From: Planctomycetota bacterium
GTDB lineage: Bacteria; Planctomycetota; Planctomycetia; Planctomycetales; Planctomycetaceae
DNA length: 64,000 bases
NCBI GenBank assembly: GCA_027618475.1
Contig: JAQCEJ010000006.1
Span: 11,353 to 75,352, forward strand
Direction: 5' to 3'
Positions 1-7,926 of this stretch are shown here, piece after piece. The translations under genes and the position numbers were made by a program. The notes beneath the pieces were generated by a model. That model was given only the letters and a program-made list of their open reading frames with translations, ran no database searches and had not been told where the DNA came from. Position 1 is the stretch's first letter, and each line of letters opens with the position of its first letter.

Positions 1-501
1 GGCGAAGAATTGTGGTCGATACCGGTCTTCGACAAGCGAGCCGTCAGTTCACCGCTTGTGAAGGGGGACTTGATCTTCGGCAGCACCGGTTCGGGGGGAG
101 GAGGCAACTATCTGGCTGCCGTTCGCAGCAACGGCAAACAGGCCGAAATGGCCTACAAGATCGAAACGGCGGCACCATACGTCCCGACTCCCGTCGCACG
201 CGATGACATGCTGTTCATGTTAAATGACGGCGGCGTTGTTACGTTGCTTGATCTTCCCACCGGAAAAGAAATCTGGCAAAAGCGCATCGGCGGCAACTAT
301 CACGGATCACCCGTGCGCGCGGCCGACAAGTTCTTTTGCGTCAGCGTCGAAGGCGATGTTGTCGTACTTGCCGCCGAACGCGAATTCGAAGAACTGGGAC
401 GCATGTCGCTCGGTGAAGGCTCGCGTTCGAGTCCGGCGATCGCTCGCGGGCAGTTGTACATTCGGACGTTTTCACATTTGATGTCGGTGGGTGGGAAGTA
501 G
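1..501 (+). CDS. PQQ-like/BamB-type beta-propeller repeat protein, C-terminal fragment (5' end lies outside the window)
   Basis: The reading frame is open from the window edge, in the same frame as ORF 10..501. Blade-like segments (GDLIFGSTGSGG, MLFMLNDGGVV, GQLYIRT) resemble PQQ/BamB propeller repeats. No credible start lies inside the window. Confidence 0.6.
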   Translation, partial: GEELWSIPVFDKRAVSSPLVKGDLIFGSTGSGGGGNYLAAVRSNGKQAEMAYKIETAAPYVPTPVARDDMLFMLNDGGVVTLLDLPTGKEIWQKRIGGNYHGSPVRAADKFFCVSVEGDVVVLAAEREFEELGRMSLGEGSRSSPAIARGQLYIRTFSHLMSVGGK

Positions 502-574
502 AACCGATTTCATAACCTGGTTGGCATTTTGATAGATTGAATTTTGCGACACATCAGCATCAAGAGAAGTATCG

Positions 575-2071
575 ATGATGAATGAAATTCTCGTCGGCAA
601 AGGGGACATTCCTGTCCACCTCCTGGCACGGTATGGCAATCGTCACGGGCTGGTCGCCGGAGCGACGGGGACGGGGAAGACGATTTCATTAAACGTACTT
701 GCCGAAGGATTTTCGCACATCGGCGTGCCGGTCTTTATGGCTGACGTCAAAGGAGACGTTGCCGGTCTGGCCCTGGCGGGGGAATCCAACGAAAAAATCA
801 GGCAACGCGTCGAACAGATCGGCATCGACGGGTATGTCAATGAGTCTAATCCGGTCGTCTTCTGGGATCTCTTCGGTAAACGCGGGCATCCGGTGCGAAC
901 GACCGTCAGCGAAATCGGTCCCACTCTGATGTCGCGGATTCTCGAACTCAACGATACCCAATCTGGCGTTCTCGACATCGTCTTCAAACTTGCCGACGAT
1001 CAGGCGTTGCTGTTGCTCGACCTCGAAGATCTTCGTTCGCTGCTGATTTTCGTCGCCGAGAACCGCAAAGACGTTTCGTCGACCTACGGTCTGGTCTCGT
1101 CGCAGTCGATCGGGGCGATTCAACGTCGGCTTCTTTCGCTTGAACGCGATGGGGGAGAAGAATTTCTAGGTGAGCCCGCCCTCGAATTGACCGATTTGAT
1201 GCTTACCGATCTGAACGGACGAGGCATCATCAATATTCTTGCCGCCGAAGAACTCGTCCTCAAGCCGCAGTTGTATTCCAGTTTTCTGTTGTGGCTGATG
1301 TCGGAACTCTTCGAAACATTGCCCGAAGTGGGGGATCTCGACAAGCCGCGGCTGGTCTTTATTTTCGACGAGGCTCATCTTTTATTCGATGATGCACCCC
1401 CGGCATTACTGCGCCAGGTCGAACAGGTGGTGCGCATCATTCGTTCGAAGGGGGTCGGCATTTATTTCTGTTCGCAGTTTCCCGACGATGTTCCCGATGA
1501 CATCCTCGGCCAACTCGGCAACCGTATTCAGCATGCCCTTCGCGCATTTACGCCGCGCGATCAAAAAGCGGTGCGGACGGCGGCCGAGACGTTCGTCCCC
1601 AACCCCAATCTTGATGTCGCACAAACGATTTCGCAGCTCGGCATCGGCGAAGCGTTGACGTCGATGCTGCTCGATAAAGGAGTTCCTATGCCGGTCGAGC
1701 GTACGATCATAGCGCCACCGCGAAGCCGCATGGGTTCGATTACGATCGACGAGCGTAAAGCCGTCATCTCGAAAAGCCCTGTCGTCGGCAAATACGATAC
1801 ACCTCTGAATCGCGAATCGGCGTTCGAAGTGTTGTCGAAACGCGCGGCGTCGCTCGCCGATGCTCAGGCAAAGACCACCGGTTCGGGGGGAGCTTCGACG
1901 GGAGGAGGAGTGGGAAGCAAGATCGGCGAATTGCTCTGGGGGACCAAACGGCGTCAGGGAATGGTTGAAACGATGGCCAAGCAAGCCGCCCGCTCCGCCG
2001 GCAGCCAGATCGGCGGTAAGTTCTTTCGCGGGCTGCTGGGGAGCCTGCTCGGAAGTTTTCGCGGTCGATGA
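575..2071 (+). CDS. DUF853 / HerA-like P-loop NTPase (YjgR family)
   Basis: 498-aa ORF. It has a Walker A GATGTGKT close to the N-terminus and a Walker B-like LVFIFDEAHLLF. The N-terminal text NRHGLVAGATGTGKT..VPVFMADVKGD matches my memory of YjgR-type proteins. Confidence 0.85.
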   Translation: MMNEILVGKGDIPVHLLARYGNRHGLVAGATGTGKTISLNVLAEGFSHIGVPVFMADVKGDVAGLALAGESNEKIRQRVEQIGIDGYVNESNPVVFWDLFGKRGHPVRTTVSEIGPTLMSRILELNDTQSGVLDIVFKLADDQALLLLDLEDLRSLLIFVAENRKDVSSTYGLVSSQSIGAIQRRLLSLERDGGEEFLGEPALELTDLMLTDLNGRGIINILAAEELVLKPQLYSSFLLWLMSELFETLPEVGDLDKPRLVFIFDEAHLLFDDAPPALLRQVEQVVRIIRSKGVGIYFCSQFPDDVPDDILGQLGNRIQHALRAFTPRDQKAVRTAAETFVPNPNLDVAQTISQLGIGEALTSMLLDKGVPMPVERTIIAPPRSRMGSITIDERKAVISKSPVVGKYDTPLNRESAFEVLSKRAASLADAQAKTTGSGGASTGGGVGSKIGELLWGTKRRQGMVETMAKQAARSAGSQIGGKFFRGLLGSLLGSFRGR

Positions 2072-2094
2072 CGACAAGCCGATTCCAGAATCGA

Positions 2095-3222
2095 CTAATT
2101 CGTCACACGTACAATCTGACCCCCCGGCAGACGTCTTACCAGACGTTTCATCTCCAGCACCGTCAGCGTCGACAACACGCGCGACGATTCCAGCTCGCAA
2201 CTGCGCATCACTTCGTCAATAGGACACGGTTCGTTGTGTACGGCATTCAAGACCTGCTGCTCTTGTTCATTGAGCAGTAACTCGCGCGGCGTGAGTACGG
2301 TTTTGCTTTCCGTTTTCGCGACCGGCTTGATGAGCGGGCCGAGCGCTTCGAGAACGTCGTCAACGCCGCGAATCAGCGCCACGCCGTCGCGAATCAAATC
2401 GTGACATCCTTCACTCGCCGCACTGTCCAGTCGGCCGGGGACGGCGAAGACTTCACGGCCTTGTTCCTGTGCATGCCGCACTGTGTGCATGGCTCCACTT
2501 TTTCGCGCCGCTTCGACGATAATCACGCCGAGCGAGAGTCCGCTGATGATGCGATTTCGAAGCGGAAAGATGCCGGGAATCGGCGACTGGTCGAGAGCCG
2601 CTTCGCTAAGAAACGAACCGTTCTGCGAAACCTCTGCCGCGAGTTCGCGGTGTTCGGGAGGGTAGATGTTCGACAAACCTGTCGCCGAGACAGCCACCGT
2701 CCGTCCGCCGGCGATGAGGGCACCGCGATGAGCGGCCGCATCGATGCCGCGCGCCAAACCGCTGACGATGGTGAATCCCGCGTGGGTTAACCCTGCGGCG
2801 AGTTTCTCAGCCTGACGCATTCCATAAGTCGTGCAACTTCGCGAGCCGACAATCGCCAGAGATAATTGATCCTGTGGTAACAATTCTCCCTGGCAATACA
2901 GTAGAATTGGCGGGTCGGGAATCTCGGCCAACATCGGCGGATAGGCCGGCGAACCGAACGGAACAAGCATTATTCCTGCCGATTGGCAGCGGGCAATTGT
3001 CTGTTCGGCGGCCAGGCGGAGTTCAACCTGCCTGATCGCTGTCGCGGCTTTGACGCCGATATGCGGGATCTCCTGCAAATCGCGCAGCGGAGCCGCGAGT
3101 ACATTTTTCGCTGTTGTGAAGTGATTGAGCAGTAGATGGATGGTCCGCGTCCCGACACCGGGAACGAGCGTCAATTGAATCAGGTCGAGCAGTTCATCGG
3201 GAGAAAGTTCGGCGGAAGTCAC
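2095..3222 (-). CDS. dprA: DNA-processing protein DprA (Smf)
   Basis: 375-aa ORF with N-terminal helix-hairpin-helix-like text, a Rossmann-like core containing GLARGIDAAAHRGAL, and a C-terminal winged-helix-like tail. This is typical DprA architecture. Confidence 0.9.
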   Translation of the reverse strand: MTSAELSPDELLDLIQLTLVPGVGTRTIHLLLNHFTTAKNVLAAPLRDLQEIPHIGVKAATAIRQVELRLAAEQTIARCQSAGIMLVPFGSPAYPPMLAEIPDPPILLYCQGELLPQDQLSLAIVGSRSCTTYGMRQAEKLAAGLTHAGFTIVSGLARGIDAAAHRGALIAGGRTVAVSATGLSNIYPPEHRELAAEVSQNGSFLSEAALDQSPIPGIFPLRNRIISGLSLGVIIVEAARKSGAMHTVRHAQEQGREVFAVPGRLDSAASEGCHDLIRDGVALIRGVDDVLEALGPLIKPVAKTESKTVLTPRELLLNEQEQQVLNAVHNEPCPIDEVMRSCELESSRVLSTLTVLEMKRLVRRLPGGQIVRVTN

Positions 3223-3344
3223 GTCGCACCGTATTGAAGTCTGTGGAAGGCCGGAATATAGTACCGTTCACTCATACACTATATTGATACTCGACCTGTG
3301 CTCACATCTCAAGTGACAGGCTTCAAGAGTAGCAGCCTGTAGTC

Positions 3345-3471
3345 AATGAGGGATGATCAAATTCTGTGTGCCATGGGTGGCTTGTCCACCCGTGTTTTTC
3401 CGATGGCTCACAAGCACAGGGCCAGGCAAGCACACGGCCGGACAAGCCGGTAGTGCCACCCATTTTTCAAC
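3345..3471. repeat. Structured intergenic repeat, copy A (inverted copy B at 43684..43797)
   Basis: The + strand here aligns with the reverse complement of 43684..43797, for example aatgagggatgatcaaatt.tgtgtgcca.gggtggcttgtcc.cccgtg ... gccggacaagccgg.agtgccacc.atttttcaac. It contains two 9-bp hairpins, 3372-3394 and 3433-3455. Element ends are approximate. Confidence 0.8.
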
Positions 3472-3493
3472 GCGCTGGTAGGAGGGATTAACC

Positions 3494-4945
3494 ATGAATC
3501 GCCAATCGAAAGACCCGTTGAAAGTAAGGGCGATCGGCCTCATTCGTTTCGTCATCAGCGCGGTTACTTTGCATACCTTGCGGGCGAGCGTTCCCTTCGT
3601 GTTGCCGTTTATGCTGCTGCAAATGGCTTCCCTTCAGGCAGCGGGTTTGCAGATCGCTTACTTCACGGCCGATATTTCTCCCCCGCTGCATCAGCGGGTC
3701 TGCGTCGGATTCATTCAGGAATTCACCGAGATCGAACATCCTCTGCTCGCGAAAGGAGTCATTCTGAAAGATGACGGTGGCGTCTACGTCTTGTGCGCTC
3801 TCGATTACTGCGGGCTGTGTAACGACTCGTATGATGCGTTTCGTCGGCAGATTGCGGCGGCGGCGAAGACTCCTCCGAAAAACGTCGCCGTGCAATCGCT
3901 GCATCAGCATACTTCACCCGTGTTCGACGCCAACACCGATCGACTTTTATATGGGGACGACCAGAAATTGTTCGACGAGGGGCGGTCCGCCGAGAAAGCC
4001 GCGATCGATTCTATCGTCGACGCGATCGAACACGCGCAATCGAATTGGAGCGACGTTTCGCATCTGACGGCGGTCACTCAGAAAGTTGATCGCGTCGCGT
4101 CGAACCGTCGCGTCGAGCAACCCGACGGATCGATCGTCGTCCGCTACAGTGCAGGAGCGAAAGATCCCGCGATGCGTGCTGCTCCGGAAGGGTTGATCGA
4201 TCCGATGCTGCGAACGATTACGTTTTTCAATGACAAGACGCCGCTGTTGAGAATGCATTATTACGCAACGCATCCGCAAACGCGCAGCGGGGGAAAAGTG
4301 ACCTACGACGCCGTCGGCATGGCGCGCGAGCGGGTCGAACAAATGACCGGCGTGCCGCAGATGTACTTCACCGGTTGTGGCGGGAATGTCACGATGGGGA
4401 AGTATAACTCGGGGACCGATGCCGAGCGGGCCGAGATTTCCGACCGGTTGTTCCAGGCGATGACGGCGGCCTGCAAAAAAGCCGATCGCGCCGAACAGCT
4501 CTCTTCCGAAACGATCGACTGGTCGACGGCCGAGGTTAATTTTCCGATTCGCGAGGATGCCCCGTTTTCGGAAGAGTTTCAGCGAAACAATTATCAGGAC
4601 ACGAACGTCGCGTTCAGTTCGCGATTGCGTTCCGCCATGTACGTCTCCTGGATCGATCGGCTGAAGAAGAGGCCGGGGGTCGAATTCAGTTGCCTGACGA
4701 TCGGCAACGTTCGCATGGTGCATCTCCCCGGAGAGCCGTTCGTGCAGTTTCAGTTGGCTGCACAGAATTCGGCCGGCGACGATTTCGTGGCCGTCGCCGG
4801 GTATGGTGAATGTGCGCCTTGGTACATCGGCGAAGATCGCATATTTACCGACAACGGCGGATACGAGCAGACATGGTCGTTCGTCGCTCCCTGCGAAGGG
4901 CTGATGCACGAGACCATCCGCAATTTGATGACATCTCCGAAATAA
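3494..4945 (+). CDS. Hypothetical exported protein; tentatively a neutral-ceramidase-like hydrolase fold
   Basis: 483-aa ORF. A Shine-Dalgarno-like aggaggg lies 8 nt upstream of the ATG, and the N-terminus is hydrophobic. Segments SLHQHTSPV and TGCGGNVTMGKYN are reminiscent of the HTHsGP and GDVSPN motifs of ceramidase-type enzymes. The product call is weak. Confidence 0.7.
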   Translation: MNRQSKDPLKVRAIGLIRFVISAVTLHTLRASVPFVLPFMLLQMASLQAAGLQIAYFTADISPPLHQRVCVGFIQEFTEIEHPLLAKGVILKDDGGVYVLCALDYCGLCNDSYDAFRRQIAAAAKTPPKNVAVQSLHQHTSPVFDANTDRLLYGDDQKLFDEGRSAEKAAIDSIVDAIEHAQSNWSDVSHLTAVTQKVDRVASNRRVEQPDGSIVVRYSAGAKDPAMRAAPEGLIDPMLRTITFFNDKTPLLRMHYYATHPQTRSGGKVTYDAVGMARERVEQMTGVPQMYFTGCGGNVTMGKYNSGTDAERAEISDRLFQAMTAACKKADRAEQLSSETIDWSTAEVNFPIREDAPFSEEFQRNNYQDTNVAFSSRLRSAMYVSWIDRLKKRPGVEFSCLTIGNVRMVHLPGEPFVQFQLAAQNSAGDDFVAVAGYGECAPWYIGEDRIFTDNGGYEQTWSFVAPCEGLMHETIRNLMTSPK

Positions 4946-5242
4946 TAATGCTTGGAAGACAGAGGGTCTTCGGACGGCATCTCTCGCCGGTTGTAAAAAA
5001 TGCAACGTGCAACTCGTACGGCGTGAATGAGATACAAGAAATCATCGAAGCCCGCGCGGCGACTGTGAACGTTGTATTCCGTTGCAACAGCAAAAAATCT
5101 CAAATATTGGGCGTTGACTTAACGTTCAATTCAGGGACCCCTTCTATAATCCGTGGGTGTGAACTTATGAAAACGAGTCTGGAACGACGCTCTCGGGCTC
5201 CCCTCGTCAGTCAACGACCGTGAAAAAACTGTTTGAATTGGA

Positions 5243-5698
5243 GTGACGACTATGAAACCGCCAAAGATTTCTCTGACATTCGTGATGTCGGTCATCGCGC
5301 TCACGACCACAGGGTTGTGGGGGTACGAACGATTCGGTCGTGAGGCTCGTCCCCCTCGTCCGCAGGATGAACACGCGCAACGCGACGCTGATTACGGACA
5401 TCATTTTGCCAGCGTCGACGATGAGTTCGCACCAGAAGACGACGTCGCGTGGAATGAGCAAGACGGGTCTTTCGACGATTACGGTTATGGAGACGAATAC
5501 ACTGACAACGACGCGTATGCATTCGCCGATGAGCGCGACGCGTTTGCCGATCGAGGTGGTAAAGGTCGCGGTGGTCCTCCTCAGGGACGCGGACCGGCAT
5601 CATTCGGCGGTCACGCTAAGGGCCCCCAGGGGGTTGGACATCGACCGCACGGGGGACACCCGGCGTTTGGTGGCGGTCGTGGACCTCACCGGGGATGA
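5243..5698 (+). CDS. Signal-anchor / acidic / Gly-His-Pro-rich protein; probably the N-terminal part of the following gene
   Basis: 151-aa ORF. It has an N-terminal TM segment (ISLTFVMSVIALTTTGLWGY), then an Asp/Glu/Tyr-rich stretch, then a GRGGPPQGRGP..GGHPAFGGGRGPHRG tail. The stop overlaps the next ATG (ATGA). Confidence 0.65.
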   Translation: MTTMKPPKISLTFVMSVIALTTTGLWGYERFGREARPPRPQDEHAQRDADYGHHFASVDDEFAPEDDVAWNEQDGSFDDYGYGDEYTDNDAYAFADERDAFADRGGKGRGGPPQGRGPASFGGHAKGPQGVGHRPHGGHPAFGGGRGPHRG

Positions 5699-7005
5699 TG
5701 GGCCGCGGCGGTTTTGGCCCACATCATTTTGCCGGGGGACATACCCCTCATGGTCAAGGTCCGGGGGCACGATTCGCCGGGTTCCATTACAGAGGTGCAG
5801 GGGCAGCAATGGCCATGCACAGGGGTGGCCCGGGAGGACAGTGTCCTCATTGTGGACAATGTCCTCATTGCGGAGCGAACAGAAACGCCGGACACGCTCC
5901 TCGCATGGGCTGGCATCATGGCGGACCTCATCGTGGTCATGGTCATCACGCCTGGGGACGCGGTATGCATCGTGGCGGGCCGTGGGGTCATTACGGTCAT
6001 CACCGGGGTCGACATGGCATGCATCGCGGCGGACACGGCGGTCATCACGGTCATCACGGCTGGTCACGAGGGGGTCATCGCGGACATCACAATCATCACG
6101 GCGGCTGGGGCCGTTGCGGTAAGGGACACGGAGGAAAGCACGGCCATCATCGGGGTGGACACCATATGAAACGTGGCGGACACAAAAGCTGTCATGCTCA
6201 TCATCGTGGCGCCGGCAAAGGTGGTCATCACAAAGCCAAAGGTCACGGACATCATGGTGCCGCATCCAGGCAGGGACACAAAGGAAAACAGACCGCCCGT
6301 CATGGTCATCAACCTGCCGCCAAGAAAGGTGGTTGGATGGGCCATATGGCTCACGGACGTGGCGGCGTCCATCACGGCCGTCCCGGTACTCATGGTCGAG
6401 CCGTCGGTGCGGGAGCACGGGCACATATCGGAGGTCATCTGATGATGTTGGCTCAACTTGACGCGAATCACGACAAGCAGCTCAGCAAAGAAGAGCTGAA
6501 CGCCATGTTCGACAAGGTCGATGCCAATGCGGACGGGCAGATCACGTGGGAAGAAGGAAAGAAGTTTCATGAAACCCAACGTGCCGAGATGATGAATAAA
6601 ATGAAAGAAGCCTTCTCGCCCGAAAACATCTTCAAAAAACTCGACAAGAATGGCGACGGAAAATTGTCAAAAGAAGATGACATCAAATTCTGGGATCGGC
6701 TGTCGCACGCCGATGCCGACAAAGACGGGTCGGTCTCCAAAGAAGAGCTTGAAGCCGGTATGAAAAAAATGCGGGAAGCGATGCACAAGCATCGAGGCGG
6801 ACTTCGCAAAGGAAAGCAAGCACAACCAAAAAAAGAAGAACCCGCCGCTGAAACCAAGGCGGACACCGCCGCCATTGAACTCCCGGTCCCGATGCCGGAA
6901 CTCGGAGAGCCCGAGATCGACAGCGTCATCACCGAAGTGCAGGTCGATGCCCCCGTCGAAGCGGTGATTCCCACCGATACGTCGGCAGAAACGAAAGTCG
7001 AATAG
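5695..7005 (+). CDS. Histidine/glycine-rich protein with four EF-hand calcium-binding loops
   Basis: 436-aa ORF. Roughly the first 230 aa are dominated by H, G and R and include a tandem QCPHCGQCPHCG. They are followed by four canonical EF-hand loops (DANHDKQLSKEE, DANADGQITWEE, DKNGDGKLSKED, DADKDGSVSKEE) and an acidic tail. The ORF has no signal peptide of its own. Confidence 0.75.
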   Translation: MMGRGGFGPHHFAGGHTPHGQGPGARFAGFHYRGAGAAMAMHRGGPGGQCPHCGQCPHCGANRNAGHAPRMGWHHGGPHRGHGHHAWGRGMHRGGPWGHYGHHRGRHGMHRGGHGGHHGHHGWSRGGHRGHHNHHGGWGRCGKGHGGKHGHHRGGHHMKRGGHKSCHAHHRGAGKGGHHKAKGHGHHGAASRQGHKGKQTARHGHQPAAKKGGWMGHMAHGRGGVHHGRPGTHGRAVGAGARAHIGGHLMMLAQLDANHDKQLSKEELNAMFDKVDANADGQITWEEGKKFHETQRAEMMNKMKEAFSPENIFKKLDKNGDGKLSKEDDIKFWDRLSHADADKDGSVSKEELEAGMKKMREAMHKHRGGLRKGKQAQPKKEEPAAETKADTAAIELPVPMPELGEPEIDSVITEVQVDAPVEAVIPTDTSAETKVE

Positions 7006-7023
7006 GGTCGACCGGTTCATCGA

Positions 7024-7051
7024 GACACCGGTTCTTCAATGAACCGGTGTC
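7024..7051 (+). terminator. Stem-loop just after the His-rich gene (11-bp stem, 6-nt loop, no clear U-tract)
   Basis: gacaccggttc-ttcaat-gaaccggtgtc lies 19 nt after the stop at 7005. The absence of a T-run makes terminator function uncertain. Confidence 0.4.
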
Positions 7052-7189
7052 ATCGAATGAGCGGGACAATTGTAAACACGGATCGTTACGCGGTCCGCCG
7101 CGTTTATCCACGACAATCGTAGTCGTCGAAAACGAGGCGAGCCGATCTGGAGCAGGGCGATCTGTGAAGTTGGTTGAAAAACTGTGCTG

Positions 7190-7232
7190 ACACCGACAAC
7201 ATGAAGTGGCCACTTCATGTTGTCGGTGTTTT
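7190..7232 (+). promoter_or_regulatory. 40-bp perfect palindrome followed by TTTT (terminator, attenuator or operator) upstream of the response regulator
   Basis: acaccgacaacatgaagtgg (7190-7209) is the exact reverse complement of ccacttcatgttgtcggtgt (7210-7229). A T4 run spans 7229-7232, and the response-regulator start is at 7273. Confidence 0.6.
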
Positions 7233-7272
7233 CATGTCAGGCTGTTACTCTACACCGTTGAACCGATCTATC

Positions 7273-7926
7273 ATGCGAATCTTACTTGTCGAAGACGAAC
7301 TCGATCTCCTCAAGGCCGTCAAACGGTTTCTTGACGACGAACACTACGCCGTCGATGTCGCCAGCGACGGTGAAGAGGGTCTCACCAAAGCGCTGATGTG
7401 GAACTACGACCTCGTCGTGCTCGACCTGATGCTTCCGAAAATCGACGGCTTGACCGTGTTGAAAGAAATCCGTCGCAGAAAGCGGACACCGATCCTCATT
7501 CTGACCGCGCGTGACACTCTGCAAGACCGCGTCGCCGGCCTCGATATCGGCGCCGACGATTATTTGGTCAAGCCCTTCGAACTCGATGAACTCTCGGCCC
7601 GCATTCGCGCGCTGATCCGCCGTTCGGTCGGCGTTGCCAGTCCCAATGTTGAAATCGGCGAAACGGTCATCGATCTGTCGGCCAAGCAGGTTCGCAAAGC
7701 GGGCGTTCCGGTGGCTCTGACGGCGATGGAGTATTCGCTCGTTGAGTATTTGGCCCTCCGCCGTGGAAAATTAGTTTCCCGTTCAGACTTGTACGATCAC
7801 CTGTTCGATGAACATGATGATAGCCTGTCGAACCTGCTCGACGTACACGTCTCGAATGTCCGTCGAAAACTCGGTAAAGAACTCATCACGACGCGTCGCG
7901 GTCAAGGATACTTGATTGATGATTAA
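7273..7926 (+). CDS. OmpR-family response regulator (REC + winged-helix DNA-binding domain)
   Basis: MRILLVEDE..DLVVLDLMLPKIDG..DDYLVKPF receiver text, with a C-terminal trans_reg_C-like RRGQGYLI. I chose the internal ATG at 7273 because the longer ORF from 7174 runs through the palindrome. Confidence 0.9.
   Translation: MRILLVEDELDLLKAVKRFLDDEHYAVDVASDGEEGLTKALMWNYDLVVLDLMLPKIDGLTVLKEIRRRKRTPILILTARDTLQDRVAGLDIGADDYLVKPFELDELSARIRALIRRSVGVASPNVEIGETVIDLSAKQVRKAGVPVALTAMEYSLVEYLALRRGKLVSRSDLYDHLFDEHDDSLSNLLDVHVSNVRRKLGKELITTRRGQGYLIDD

Noticed and set aside
5114-5150. TTGACT ... TATAAT as a sigma-70-type promoter for the His-rich locus.
   Set aside because: The two hexamers are separated by 25 nt, far from the ~17-nt optimum. 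Planctomycetal promoter consensus is also not well enough established to call this from sequence alone.
5300-6600. A stack of long ORFs in five of the six frames (for example 5340..6122 +, 5714..6169 +, 5600..6424 -, 5686..6057 -, 6064..6579 -).
   Set aside because: They all lie over the His/Gly-rich low-complexity region, where the CAY/GGN codon periodicity removes stop codons in most frames. Only the frame that continues into the EF-hand domain has recognisable protein features.
7036-7272. The N-terminal extension of the response-regulator ORF (from 7174) and the mirror ORF 7036..7218 on the minus strand, both encoding MKWPLHVVGV.
   Set aside because: The identical peptide on both strands is a by-product of the 40-bp perfect palindrome. 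The receiver domain starts cleanly at the ATG at 7273.
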